Below, piece after piece: positions 43,154 through 58,435 of a stretch of 64,000 nt of DNA. This stretch comes from the human T2T-CHM13v2.0 reference genome, Homo sapiens, in NCBI RefSeq assembly GCF_009914755.1, contig NC_060947.1, one strand, 5' to 3'. The translations under genes and the position numbers were made by a program. The notes under the pieces were generated by a model, which ran no database searches, was not told where the DNA came from, and was given only the letters and a program-made list of their open reading frames with translations. The first letter of the stretch is position 1. Every line of letters starts with the position of its first letter.

Positions 43154-45127
43154 TCACTGGTGAATTTTACCAAGCTATTGAAGAGAAATTGATACCAATC
43201 CTACTCACACTATTCTGCCAAATAAAGAATGAAGGAATACTTCCAAAATCATTTCACAAAGCCAATATTACCCTGACACTAAAACCAGACAAAATTCTTA
43301 AGAAAATACTAGCAAACCAAATTCAACAGCACATTATAAAGATGATTCATCATGACCAAGGGGGATTTATCCTAGGTATGTAAGAATGGTTCAACATACA
43401 CTAATCAATCAATCAATCAGATACATCATATCAACAGAATGACAGACAAAAGCAATTTGATAATTTCAACTGATGTTGAAAAAGCACTTATAAAATTTAT
43501 CATCTCTTCATAACCCTCAAAAAATTGGGTATAGAAGAAACATACTTCAACACAATATAAGCCATATATGAGAGCACCACAGCTAGTATCATATTGAATG
43601 GAGAAAAACTGAAAATCTTTCTGCTAAGACCTGGAACAAGACAAAAATGACCACTCTCACTACTGATATTCAACATACTACTGGAAGTCCTAGCTACAGC
43701 AATCAGACAAGAGAAAGAAATGAAGGGCATTCCAATTGGAAAGGGAGAAGTCAAATTGTCCTTGTTTGCAGATGATATGATTTTATGTTTGGAAAATCCT
43801 AAAGACTCCATCACAAAGCTACTAGAACTGATAAATAAATTCAGCAATGTCGCAGAATACAAAATAAACCTATATAATGAATAGCATTTCTATATACTAA
43901 CAGCAAGCAATCTGAAAAAGAAATTTTAAAAAATCTCATTTACAATAGCTACAAAGAAAATAAAGTACCTAGGAATAAACTTAACCAGTGAAGTGAAAGA
44001 TTGCTCTTATGAAAATTATAAAACACCTGTGCAAGAAATTGAAGAGGGCCCATATAAAAGGAAATATATTTCATGTTCATGGATTGGGATAATTAATATT
44101 GTTAAAATGTCCATACTACCCAAAGTAATCCATAGCTTCAATTCAATCTCTATCAAAATCGCAATGACATTCTTCACAGAAATAGAAAAAACAATCGTAA
44201 AATTTATATGGACCACATAATACCCAGAATAGTCAAAGCCATCTAACACCAGTTAGAATGGCATTTATCCAAAAGACAGGCAATTAACAAATGCTGAAAA
44301 GAATGTGGAGAAACGGGAACCCTTGTACACTTTTGGTAGGAGTGCAAAATAGTACAACCACTATGGAGGATGAGTTGGAAGTTTCTCAAAATGCTAAAAA
44401 TAGAGCTACCATATGATCCAGCAAGCCCACTACTGGGTATATACTGAAAAGAAAGGAAATCTGTATATTAAGGAGATATCTGCACTCCTATGTTTTTAGC
44501 AGCACTATTGGCAATTGCCAATATTTAGATGCAACCTTAGGGTTCATCAACAGATGAATGGATGAAGAAAATGTGGTACCTTCAGACAATGGAGTACTTT
44601 TCAGACATAAATAATAACATTCTGTCATTTTCAACAACATAGATGGAACTGCAGCAAATAATGCTAAGTGAAGTAAGGTAGGCACAGAATGACTAACTTT
44701 GCATATTCTCACTCATTTGTGGGAGCTAAAAATGAAAACAATTGAGTTTATGGAGATAGACAGTAGAATAATCATTACTAGAGGTTAGAACGTTTAGTGG
44801 GGGGCAGGGAATTAGGAGGGAGAGTGGGAATGGCTAATGGGTACAAAAATAGTTAGTTAGAAGGAATAAGATCCAGTATTTGATAGCACAAAAGTTTGAC
44901 TACAGTCAACAATAATTTATTGTACATTTTCTAAAAACTAAAAGAGTATAATGGGCATGTTTGTAACACAAAGAAATGATAAATGTTTGATGTGATGGAT
45001 ACCCCATTTACTCTGATGTGATTGTTATGTATTGTATTATTGTATCATAACATCTCACATACCCCATAAATATATACACTATGTATCTATAAAAATTAAA
45101 CATTAAAAAATAATAAAAATTAAAATA

Positions 45128-45290
45128 TAGTCAATTGATTACCTTAATTTCATCTGCAAGTTTTAATCAGCAATTAATTCCATTTTTAACTCTCTCATTC
45201 TATGTAATATAACTTATTCATATGCTCCAGGGATTGGAATGTGGACATCATTGTGAGGTTTGGGGGAGGCCATCATTCTGCTTAGCATAT
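45128..45290 (-). mobile_element. MLT1D-like LTR terminal piece
   Basis: ccagggattggaatgtggacatc...ggccatcattctgc motif. Confidence 0.7.
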
Positions 45291-45440
45291 TACTTAAACT
45301 GTTTGAGCCTTATATTATCATTTATAAAGTGAGTTAATAATACCATGCAAAAGATCATTGTAAATATTAAATGGAAGTATTTTTAGAATAAGTGCCAAGT
45401 ATAAGACCTGTTACATAGTATGCACTCAAATTATAACAGC
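45291..45440 (+). mobile_element. MIR 3' part (5' part at about 34820-34898)
   Basis: ttacttaaactgtttgagcct...tataaagtgagttaataatacc core. Confidence 0.65.
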
Positions 45441-46069
45441 AGTTGGAGGAATTATTTCTATTAATAGTAGTAGCAGCACTATATATAGTTACCTTAAATT
45501 AACATACAATAATTTGTGAACAATATATTTCACCTGTCCCTTAATATGCTCTCATTTCCCAATATGCCCCCATAGGTATGAAAAACAGAAAAATGCAGGG
45601 AAGGAGGATCCTGTAGCATGAAATAAAGAAGGGAGGGGACAAACTGTGTTACTCAACAGTAGAACCCAGAGCCCCTCAGACACTGGAAAGATCTTCCAGC
45701 AGTGAAGACACCAAAGAAAAATGTTTGGGCAGCTGTTTTTCTGCCACTGCAGGAAGCTGTCAGCCAGTTCCAAGACTCCCAGTAAACTTACTTGAGCAAA
45801 GCAGCTCATTTTGGCTAGTGGAAGAAGATTAGCACTCATATCAATGGAAAGCTTTTTTTTTTTTTCTCTCTCTCTCTCACTGGAGACAGTTAGGACATTC
45901 TCATTGCCAATGGCCCTTTTGCTTATAGTAGGTACATGTATTGTTGCCCAGGGGCCAGTGAGTTGGGGGCTCTTCTCAGGGCATTCCAGATGTTTATTTC
46001 ATGACTTTTTAAAAATATGGATAACCCTGGGGGGCCAGGAGTCCTAAAGTTATCACCTTCACCCTAGAA

Positions 46070-47103
46070 ACTTCTGTATAAACCATCCTCTAATCTCTGC
46101 CCTCTCTTATCTTTCTTAGCCTCTGGTAAATATCACTCTACTTTATACCTCATAAGATAAAATGTTTTAGTTCTACCATGAATGAGAACATGTGGTATTT
46201 GTCTCTCTGTGCCTAGCTTATTTCACTTACCATAATAACCTCCCTTTTCATCTATGTTGCTGAAAATGACAGGATTTCATTCTGTTTTATGACTAAGTGA
46301 TATTCCATTGTATATGTATACTAAATGTTCTTTATCCTTTCATCTGTTGATGGAGACCTAAATTGTTTCCCTATCTTGGCTACTGTGAATAATGCTGAAA
46401 TAAACAGGAGTGAAGTTAGTCCTTTGATATACTGATTCCCTTTCCTTTGGATGAAGACACTGTAGTAGGATTGTTGTATCATATGGTAGCTCTATTTTTA
46501 GTTTTTTTGAGAAACCTCCATATTGCGTTTTTTTTAACTTTATAAGGGTGCAGTAGCTTACACTGCCAACAACAGTTTATAAGAGTTCCCTTTTCTTTAC
46601 ATCTTTACCAACATCTGTTATTTTTTGTCATCTTCATAATAGCCATTCTGATTGGGTTAAGAAGATATTGCAGTGTGGTTTTGATTTGCCTTTTCCTGAC
46701 AATTAGTGATGTTGGACTTTATATATATATATGTGTGTGTATATATGTATATATATATACATATATATGTGTGTGTATATATGTATATATATATACATAT
46801 ATATGTGTGTATATATATGTGTATATATATGTGTGTATATATATGTGTGTATATATATACATTTTAGCCATTTGTGTATCTTTTGAGAAATATCCATTCA
46901 AGTCTTTTGCCCACTTTTTAATGGTATTTTATTTTATTTTTTGCTGTTGAATTGTTAGATTTACTTGTATATTCTGGGTGTTAGTCCCTTGTTGGATGAA
47001 TAGTGTGCAAATACGTTCTCCCATTCTTCAGGTTGTCTTTTCACTCTGTTGATTGTTTCCCTTGCTGGGAAGATGTCTTTTTAGTTTAACATAGTTCCAC
47101 TTG
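46070..47103 (-). mobile_element. L1MA 3' fragment
   Basis: Antisense 3'UTR and ORF2 end; (TA/TG) expansion at 46720-46862. Confidence 0.85.
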
Positions 47104-47165
47104 TGAAGTATACAGCAAGATTAAAATATTTAAAAAGTAAAAATACACTTCAGTTGCTTAAATAA

Positions 47166-47677
47166 TATTAGAAGGACAGTTCTCTAGCAGGTCTTAGACT
47201 TACCTAGCTCTCCCCTCTTTCTAGCTTGTAGTTCTCAAGAATAACTGAAGAACATGCTGGGGATGAAATATCCTGAGATAAGGAGGAGCTGGCTGGAACA
47301 GCTGGGGATCTTTTCTTGTCTTTCCTAGAAAAAAAAAAAAAAAAGATGCCCTTCAACACTTTGTTCCAACTGTTTGCATTACCCCAGTGGTAAAAACCCA
47401 GAATGGGCTGCTTTCCAGGATCCCTCAGCTGCACTGCAAGTGAAGAACATGCAGACGATATTCCATCTATCCTGGGCAGCTTGAGCCTTATGGGACTGGC
47501 CTGCCCTAATTCTAGGCTTCTACTGTCTCTTGCTATTTATCTGTGATTAGTAAAGTTGCTTTATGTAACTTGCTGTGTGATAGTTTTGTCTCAACGGACT
47601 CATACAAGTAGTAGAAATTGCAGCCCAATATGCAGTGGGCTGAAGTGGCAACCAGTGTGCATTGAACTTGATTCACA
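47166..47677 (+). mobile_element. MER70-family ERVL solo LTR
   Basis: aggacagttctc...gcttgtagttctcaagaataactg...tccctcagctgc; ends ttcaca. Confidence 0.75.
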
Positions 47678-48028
47678 ATATTTACTTAGTTCCTGACTTA
47701 AATATTTTGATCATGGTTCCATATTTTTAGCATTAAATATATGACCCAATATATTCCAAAATGTAAACAAACTCTTTTCTTAATAGGGCAACACAGTGGG
47801 TCAGTTTAAAATATAGGAGTGGAAAATAACCAAAACTTTAATAGTAATAGTAATTATTATTGGCTGCCATCAAATAATGTCTCCGACATTCAAATACTCT
47901 AAGATAATTGTTATCTAATTAATGTTAGATTATTATTAACAGATTAAGATGCACAAAATCACAATGATCACACAATTTTGATACAAGCAATAAGGTGATT
48001 TTCATTATAAAAAGGATTAGGATTAGGA

Positions 48029-48323
<295 letters not shown>

Positions 48324-50213
48324 GATTAGGGCTTTAAAAAAAATATTAGATTTAATTAATATTAAGTGTTCATTCTTTCTACTTATTTAACCAATGATGT
48401 ATTAACCGTATTATCTTTTCAAAATATGAATTCATCATTTGAATTTAAATAAATTTTATAAAATAATGTTATATAAGGCCATCAAGATTAAATGCATATA
48501 AATTGCTTAAATATATTTATTATAACAGTATAGTAAATCATTTTTATTTTGGTTCTTATTTCTAAAAGTTTCATATCTGTATCTGCAAACCAATGTGTAA
48601 TAGAAAATCTTCATAAGTATGATCAAGTTAAAACTACTTATATGCACACATACATAAAATTTCAAAATGTATATAAGATTGATGGTATTTTGAGGAGACT
48701 CAGAATATGTTTTCCTCCTAACACAACAAAAAATATCAGAATAATTCTGTTTTTTCAAGAAAGTATCAACTAGAAAAGAGCATGGATCAATTAGGCTTTT
48801 GATTTGAAACAGAGAAAATCTGTTTTTTTTTCCTGAGAATTTCTGCATTTATCAAGTATTAACTTACCAGTTAGTTTGTATTTATCCACAAAGTATGGCT
48901 TTTTCAAAATTTTCATCATTTCTTGATTGCACATGTAATACATGTTTATTTCAGATATGTTAGAAAATGCAATGAAATAGAAATGAATCAAATTAATACC
49001 AAAGAAAAAACCACTATAATCTCAATACTATTTCCAGAAATATTTACCATTTATCTTTTGGCACATAATATTTTCAACTTTTTGGAATAGACCAACAGAC
49101 ACACATGCACACACACAAATGACATATGAAGATTATCCTTCTTCTGATTTTGATATAGAAATTTGGCTAGAGATACCACTCTTTCCCTCAGCTCAAAACA
49201 GATGCATGGGCATATTGGTGCCCATGGTAAAGTGTTCTATATCTACCAAAGTGCAGTAACACATCAAGGCAAGTTTTCAAAAGGTGTATAATTCTCTGTG
49301 CAGATGACATAACTTTGCTTCAGAATGTTTTGTGATTATTCCCCCCAGAGTTCACCATAAGCTCCACATGAAATTTTTTTAGACCATTTACACCTGTAAT
49401 ACTTTAGGATCTGACAGATCTTATAACCTAAGTTGCAAGGCTGCTTTAACCAAAGCCTGGAGCTAAAATAGAACCCTTTCTCTCATGAGGCTCTACTCAA
49501 AGTTGTATGTTTTTCACGGCACAAAATATATAGGCCATAGGAATATTTCTAAGAGTGGAATTTGTTACTTCCAGAACTCAAATATGCCTACCAGACACTG
49601 TGATTCCTTGTTTGTGCTAAGGGATGTAAAACCTAGTAAATTATCTTGTATTTAAGCAGGCATATTTTAAGATGTCTCTGGCCACTTGGCCCCTAAAAAT
49701 GTCACTGAGATGTCTAATCTCTGAATTGCAGTAACACTTATCTTCCACCCTCTGGAATGCAAGTGACTTATCAAAGCATCTAGTAGTATATTAGCCACCT
49801 CTTGATCATTGTGCATGATGTTATTAATGTAATGGATCAGTGTGACATTTCTTGGATATCCAGGAATTTCAGATCTTTCCAGACTACATTATTGCAGCGA
49901 ATAGGAGAGTTAAAATAACCCTGAGGTAAAAAACATAACAAAGATCATTTACTGTTATATGTGCATACAAACCGTCTCTGATCTCTGTGTTCAATTGTTT
50001 GGGAAAAGAACGAACATATTTGCGAAATCAATGGCCACATGCCATGTACCTGAGGACTTATTAGTCTCCTTTAACAATGGTACAAAGTTAAATACACAGC
50101 TGCAGTCAGGGCTACTACTTGGTTGGTCTTGTAGTAGTACACATTCATTCTCAATAATCTCACTGATTTCTGAAGGTGCTAAATATGCTAATTACACCGG
50201 CTATAATAGGGAG

Positions 50214-50932
50214 TGTTATGGGCTGAATTGTGTTCCCTGAAAACTCATATGATAAACACCCAACCCCCAGTACCTAGGAATGCGATTGTATTTAGAGGTA
50301 GGGTCTTTAAAGAGATGATTAAGTTAATGAGGTCATTTTAGTGGGTCCTAATCCAATCTGACCAGAGAGTCCTTATAAAAAGAGGTAATTGTGAGCCTGG
50401 CATGGTGGCTCACGCCTGTAATCCCAGCACTTTGGGAGGCCGAGGTGGGCAGATCATCTGAGGCCAGGAGTTCTAGACCAGCCTGGGCAATACGGTGAAA
50501 CCCCGTCACTACTAAAACTACAAAAATCAGCTGGGCGTGGTGGTGGGTGCCTGTAATTGCAGCTACTTGGGAGGCTGAAATAGGAGAATCGTTTGAACCC
50601 GTGAGGCGGAGCTGCAGTGAGCCGAGATCGTGCCATTGCACCCCAGGCTGGGCAACAACAGTGAAACTCCATCTGAAAATAAATAAATTTTTTTAAAAGA
50701 GGAAATTGTGAAACACAAACACCAGGAATGTGCTCACAAAGAGGAAAGACCATGTGAGGGTACAGGGAGAAGATGGCCATCTGTAAGCCAAAGATAGGCC
50801 TCAGAAGAAGCCAAACCTGTTGATACAATGATCTTGGCTTTCTAGCCTCCAGAAGCATAAAAAAATAAATTTCTGTTGTTTAACCACCCAATCTGTGGTA
50901 CTTGGATATCGCAGCTCTAGCAAACCAATACG
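50214..50932 (+). mobile_element. MLT1B-type solo LTR split by an Alu
   Basis: tgttatgggctgaattgtg start; aataaatttctgttgtttaa; gcaaaccaatac end. Confidence 0.9.
50395..50694 (+). mobile_element. AluSq-like
   Basis: 17-bp TSD aaaagagg(t/a)aattgtga. Confidence 0.9.
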
Positions 50933-51071
50933 AAGTTCAATAACCTTGCATCCTTTAGGTCTTTAATAGGGGCACAAATCTCCAGCTCATCTCACCCTCC
51001 AGGATACAATATTGTTTTAGTTTTGCTATCTTGCCAGAGGCAGGAAAGATCCCCCCATTGGAATACATAGC

Positions 51072-51384
<313 letters not shown>

Positions 51385-52555
51385 TGGAATACATAGCTTT
51401 TATCCCACATAGTAATGACAAAATATAGTGGTTGCTTCAACTGCCATGTATCCTAATTCCAATTATCCACGCAACTACTAGGGAAATGACCCCTGAATGG
51501 GATCGTGTGAACCAAACTTCAGCCAGGACTTCATTTATTACTTTCCCAATGTAACTTCCTCTTACAAGGAGAAGTTGACAATATTTTGAGTTTTTGAGTA
51601 TCAAAGTCAACTTAGACCCTCTGTCTAATAGTTCTCAAACTATCTGTTTCTCCCGTTTATTTCACATATGGCCATCTGAATGAATAACCATAGCTTTCAT
51701 TAGGAAAGAACTGAGAGAATCTGCATAAATACTTGCTGTGGTGTTACAGTGTCCTTCTATCTAGGGACCTGGTCACCTCTTATATTAATATGTCCTGTAT
51801 CTTAAAATTAGAATAAGATTCAACTCTAATTACCAGCCTGGCAGTGAAGAAAAGACATGTTGGCATCTCTGGAAGAGAGCACATTTTACCTTTCAGTGCT
51901 TTTAACATGGGGGAAATTACAATGGGCCACTTGTGAAAACTATAAAGTTTTTGGGAGTCTTCAAAGACAACATCATCAAAAACATACATCCCAATGTCTC
52001 TAGCCCATGTTTCAGGGTCCTGGATTTTCTCAATCTGGGTGCTCATCTTAGTATAACAGATATAAGTTGACTGGGCATACCAACATCCCTGGAGCTCTAT
52101 GATATTAACTATAATTCCTTTAGTCTGCTTCTCATTTCTACTTGCTCTTCCGTAGTAGCAGATAAGGGATTCTTGGTTAATTGACAAAGAGGACTTCTGG
52201 ATTTTTAAGCTTATCTTTAGCTGATTGTTAATGACACTTAGTTTTGTTCTCTTATCCCTCTGTAGAAAGTCAATGTAATTTTTCATTAACCAATTAAACT
52301 TACTGTCCTTTTAGGTACTTCACCCCATGTCTGTCAGATGTCTGAATAATCACACTCACAAGGCAGATCTAATCAACCAGGATAATCTCCTGTCGCCAAT
52401 GGTAAAACATTTTAGGTACTTTGTTGCCACCTTGTTCCAAGGACTATCCATTGCCTATTAAGTGTTGCAGCCTCTTTGCTCACTAGAAAGTGAGTGAGCC
52501 AATTCTAAATCCTCATTTTATTGCCTGTTTTCTTGAATTACATTCAGAGCCACTT

Positions 52556-52795
52556 GCATTAATTCAGGCCCAACAAAAAGCAGACACTAAGATGAGATTA
52601 GATGTGTAAGATATGTATTAGATAACAGTGTAGGAGATCGTTGAGAGATCTTCAGGCTGCAATGCAGATATAATACCTGAAGAAGAAAAGATAAGGAAAA
52701 GAGGAATTGAGTTGGAAAAGTCTCAGATTGAATTATAGTTCCATGAAAAGTTCTGCTGGGCATCTAGGGAGTTTTCAAACCAAACGTCCCAGTAT
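52556..52795 (-). mobile_element. LTR16-family LTR (partial 5' LTR of the ERVL remnant)
   Basis: aagcagacactaagatgagattagatgtgtaag...gtctcagattg motifs. Confidence 0.7.
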
Positions 52796-52799
52796 CTTG

Positions 52800-52930
52800 A
52801 AGGTATGGGCAGAAGTAATATGTGTAGAGACAATAAGCAAGACTTCCAAAATTGATGAATGACTTCATTCCACAGATCCAAGTTGCTGAGCAAATCCCAT
52901 GATGGGCAAATACAAATAAATGAACACCTA
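52800..52930 (+). mobile_element. Old L1 ORF1 fragment
   Basis: ttccaaaattgatgaatgac...ccacagatccaag motif. Confidence 0.55.
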
Positions 52931-53640
52931 ACAACAACAACAACAACAACAAATGACCCCATTAAAAATTGGGCAACATATATCAAAAGATATTTTTCAA
53001 AAGAATACTTAAAAATGGCCAAGAAGCATAGGAAAAAATGTTCCACAACACTAAACATCAGAGAAATGCAAATTAAAACCACAATGATGTATCATCTTAT
53101 GCCAGTTAGAATGGCTATTATTAAAAAGTCAAAAAATAACAGATGTTGATGAGGATGTAGAGAAAAGTGAACATTTATGCAGTGTTGGTGGGAATATAAA
53201 TTAGTACAAACTCTATGGAAAACAGTATGGAGATTCCTCAAAGAAATAAAATAGAACTGCATTCAATCCAGCAATCCCACCACTGGGTATCTATTCGAAG
53301 GAAAAGGAATCATTATATCAAAAACATACCTGCACTATTCAGAATAGCAAAGATATGGAATCAACCTAAGTATTCATCAATGACTGGATAAGAAAATGTG
53401 GTGTATATATACATATACATACACAAAATGGAATACTATTCAGTCATAAAAAGTATGAAATAATGTTTTTTGCAGCAACATTGATGGAATTGGAGACCAT
53501 TACCTTAAGTGAAAAAACTCAGACACAAAAAGTCAAATACTGCGTATTCTCACTTATAAGTAGGAGCTAAATAATTTGGACACATAAACATAGAATGTGG
53601 AATAATAGACACTGGAGACTCAGAAAGGTTGGAGGGTGGG
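52931..53640 (+). mobile_element. L1PB4-like 3' fragment
   Basis: [24 protein letters not shown]; 3'UTR broken in the G tract. Confidence 0.8.
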
Positions 53641-53642
53641 AA

Positions 53643-55415
53643 TTTTTTTATAATTACAATTTGCTTTGAGATTATTGTAGATTCACATGCAGTTGTAATA
53701 AATAATAATGAGATCCCAAGTATGCCTTACCCAGTTTCCCCAAGTAATATTAATAACATCTTTAAAATCTATAATACAAAATCACAGCCAAGATACTGAC
53801 ATTGATACACTCTACCTATCTCTTTAGATGTCATTTTACTTATACTCATTTGTGTGTGTCTAATTAGTCTTACACAATTTTATCACATGTGTAAAGTTCA
53901 TGCATCCATTGCCACAGACAAGATACAAAAAAATTCCATTACCACAAGGATCCCTCCTGTTCTTTAATAACAACATTCAGCCCCACCCCCACCCTCCATA
54001 CTCCCTAGGTTCTGAAAACCACTAATCTATCTAAATTTTTGTCACTTTAAAAATGTTGTATAAATAGAATCATATAGTATGCAGCATTATGGAATTACCT
54101 CTTACACCCCCCTTCTCTCTCACTCTCTTTCTCTCTCTTTCACTTAGCTTAATTTCCATTAGATATATCTATTTGCTGAATGATACTTCACAGTATAGCT
54201 GTACCAGTTTGTATAACCATTCACACTTTGGGATACAGGATACATCTAAACTGTTTCTAGGTCTTGGATATTATGAATAAGCTGCTATGAACCTTGTTGA
54301 GCAGGGTTTTTAAAATGAACTTAAGTTTTCATTTTTTTTTAGGATAATAGCCCAGGAGTGCAATTGATTAGTTATATGGTAATTGCATATTTTGTTTTAT
54401 AAAAAATTGCCAGACTAATTTCTAGGGTGGCTGTACCAACTTTTATTTCCACCAGCTTGTATAGTGGCCTAGTTTCTCTGCATGCATCCTCACCAGCCTT
54501 TGTTGTTATTGCTAGTTTTAATTTATCAATTTAGATAGGCACATAATAATATGCATTATGGTTTCAATTTGCATTTCTCTGATGAATAATGATGTGTAAC
54601 ATATCTTCTCACGCTTATTTGCTGTATTTATATGATCTGTCGTAAAATGTCTGTTCACATTTTTTTTTGGCCAGTTTTCTAATTAGATTTTTTTTTTAAC
54701 TGTTGAGTTTGAAAGTTCCTTATACATTCTAAACACTAGTCTTTTGGTGAATATATGGTTTGTATACTTTCTTCCAGTCTAGATCTTCTCTTTTCTTTCT
54801 CTTCACATGACCATTCGCAGAGCAAAAGTATTTTGTTGTTGTTGTTGTTGTTTGATTATGTCCAATTTATCCATTTTTTCTTTGATAGATTATGCTTTTG
54901 GAGTCAAGTCTAAGAAGTTGTTCCTTGGATCCCAAAGATTTTCTCCTATTATTTTCTTAAAGTTTTACAGTTTTATAGTTTACATTTAAGTTCATGATAT
55001 ATATTTTAGTTAATTTTTGCATAATGTATGAGGTTCAAGTTGTAGAATTTTGGTTTGTTTTTCTTTTCCTTTTTTCTCTTCTGGCCTATGGAAATTCAAT
55101 TGCTGCAGATCCATTTGTCAAAAAGGGTTTTCTTCCTCCACTGAATTGCTTCTACAATTGTGCAAAAAATCCGTTGAGCATATTTGTTAGACTCCATTTC
55201 TAAGTTCTGTTTCATTGATCTATGTATGTGTCCTTCCACCAATACCACACAATTTTGGTTGCTATGGTCTTATGGTAAGACTTAGTGTTGTACAGGGTGA
55301 TTCTTCTCACTTTATTTTTGTCAAAATTATTTTAGCTGTTATAAAATCTGTACCTATCCTTATAAATTTTGGAATAAGATTTCCTATATCTAAAACAATT
55401 CTTGCAGTTAGAATT
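53643..55415 (-). mobile_element. L1MD-like 3' portion
   Basis: ttgtagattcacatgcagttgtaa...accacaaggatccctc 3'UTR motif. Confidence 0.8.
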
Positions 55416-55420
55416 TAGTC

Positions 55421-55476
55421 TATTTATTTATTTATTTATTTACTTATTTATTTATTCATGCATTCATTTATTCATT
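55421..55476. repeat. (TTTA)n/(TTCA)n
   Basis: Direct reading. Confidence 0.9.
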
Positions 55477-55479
55477 TTT

Positions 55480-56390
<911 letters not shown>

Positions 56391-56661
56391 ATAAGGTAGA
56401 ATAATTTTGGAAAGTGGAATGTGGTATGTTAGTGCACATATTTTCATCTGAAAGCCAGTTAAAAAATAGTGTAAAGTGAAGTAACTGGACACTCAAGAGA
56501 AGAGATAAAATAGAATAATTTAAAAAGAAAGAGAACAACTTAACTCATCCTCCACCTCTCTTCCTCAAAAAAGTAAACAAGAACAGAGAAGCAAAGAACA
56601 GAGAAGCAAAGCACAGACAGGACAATTAGAAAAGGGACATCAAGATGGTGCCTGACTTTTG

Positions 56662-57270
56662 TCACTCAGCTAATAGTTATCAAGTGGCAAAAATTACTTC
56701 TATGAGATTTGCTGTCTCACCCCCATCCACCTGAAGGGCCCCCAAAGTTTTTAAAATAAAGAAAAGTAGTGACATTATATGGTTACTGGAAAAAAAAATC
56801 CCTCATTATTTTTTTATCTCTATGTCTCAACCCACCAAATGCAAGCAATTGGAATATTACCTCAACTGTTCCTACCTCTATTTTCTGTTTCTTAAATTAT
56901 TAATATATTCCTTTCATACTTCTTATAAGTTTTATTAAAAAATTTCTTGGTATGCTCTCATTTATTTGCATAAAAAGGTTAATGCAATATCTAGGAAGTA
57001 AATAACTAATATAAATAACAAAGTAGTCCCTGAAGTAAAACATATTATTAAGATAAATATACAGTAATATTATGTGACTTTTATCATGGCCAATATAAAG
57101 TGTGAGTAGAAGCATTAAGTCATTTTATTTTGAAAGTCTTCATTTCCTACTAATATAGTGTATATTTTCAGAGACTGTAACATAATACTAATTAATTAAT
57201 CACTCAGCAAATAGTTATCAAGTGGCAAAAATTGCTTCTATGAGATTCGCTATTGACCCCCACACACCTG
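56662..57270 (+). repeat. Imperfect 70-bp direct repeat (56662-56733 and 57200-57270)
   Basis: tcactcagc(t/a)aatagttatcaagtggcaaaaatt(a/g)cttctatgagatt...cacctg. Confidence 0.95.
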
Positions 57271-57644
57271 TGGGTATACAGCGAGTTACTTCTAGCTTGC
57301 AATGTACTTTTTCCCCAACAAATTTATTTTATGTATGCATTTTTTAAACTGAAAATATTGTGATGTCATTTTATCTTTCTTTGACTTATTTGTTCTTGGG
57401 ATCATAATGTGCAACTTAGACTTTTCACAGGTCTCCGCTTTCATGGCTTTTTCTCATAAATCTGCTATTTGTGTTTTTGTGGACCAGAAAACACAAAAGT
57501 AAAAAAAAAATAGTAAATAAAAGTAATCTGAGTTACTTAGAGTGGAAATCTGCTAGGAACAGGAGTACATAGAACTCTACATGGACGATCAGTGCTGTTT
57601 CACCATCGATTTCTTTTAGAAGAGTCATTCAGGTTATTTCAAAA

Positions 57645-58120
57645 AGTAGCTCCCACATCTGAGTGAGAATATGTGATATTTGTCTTTCTGTGTCAGGCTT
57701 ATTTCACTTAATATAAGTCCTCCGGTTCCATACCTGTTGCTGCAAATAACAGGACTTCGTTGATTTTTATGGCTGAATAATGTTCCATTGTGTATGTGTA
57801 CCGCATTTTATTAATTCAGCCATTAATTGATACCTGGGCTGATTTCATGTCTTGGCTATTGTGAATTGTGCTGAAATAAACATGAGACCACAGATACCTC
57901 TTTGATATACTGATTTCCTCTGTTTGGATATATACTCACTATTGGGATTGCTGAAACATATGGTAGTTCTAGTTTTAGCTTTTTGAGGAACATCCATATT
58001 GGTTTACATAGTTACTGGCTGTACTAATTTATAGCCCCACCAACAGTGTACAAGGGTTCTCCTTTCTCCACATCTTCTCCAGCATTTGTTACAGGCTGTC
58101 TTTTGGACAAAAGTCATTTT
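57645..58120 (-). mobile_element. L1MA 3' fragment
   Basis: agctcccacat...gatatttgtctttctgtg antisense 3' end. Confidence 0.8.
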
Positions 58121-58435
58121 TCTGGTCTTCTTTTTCTTTCCAACTTTTATTTTGGATTCAGGGGGAATACGTGCAGGTTTGTCACATGGCTATGTTGTGT
58201 GTTAAGGGGTTTCGTGTACAGATTATTTTGTCATCCAAGTAATGAGCATACTACCTGATTGGTAGCTTTTTGATCCTCACCTGTCTCCCTCTCTTCACCC
58301 TCAAGTACACCCCGGTGTCTGTTGTTTATTTCTTTGTGTCCATGTGTACTCAATGTTTAGCTTCCACTTAGAAGGGAGATCATGCAGTATTTAGTTTTCT
58401 GTTCTTGCTTTAATTCACTTAGAATAGTGAGCTGA

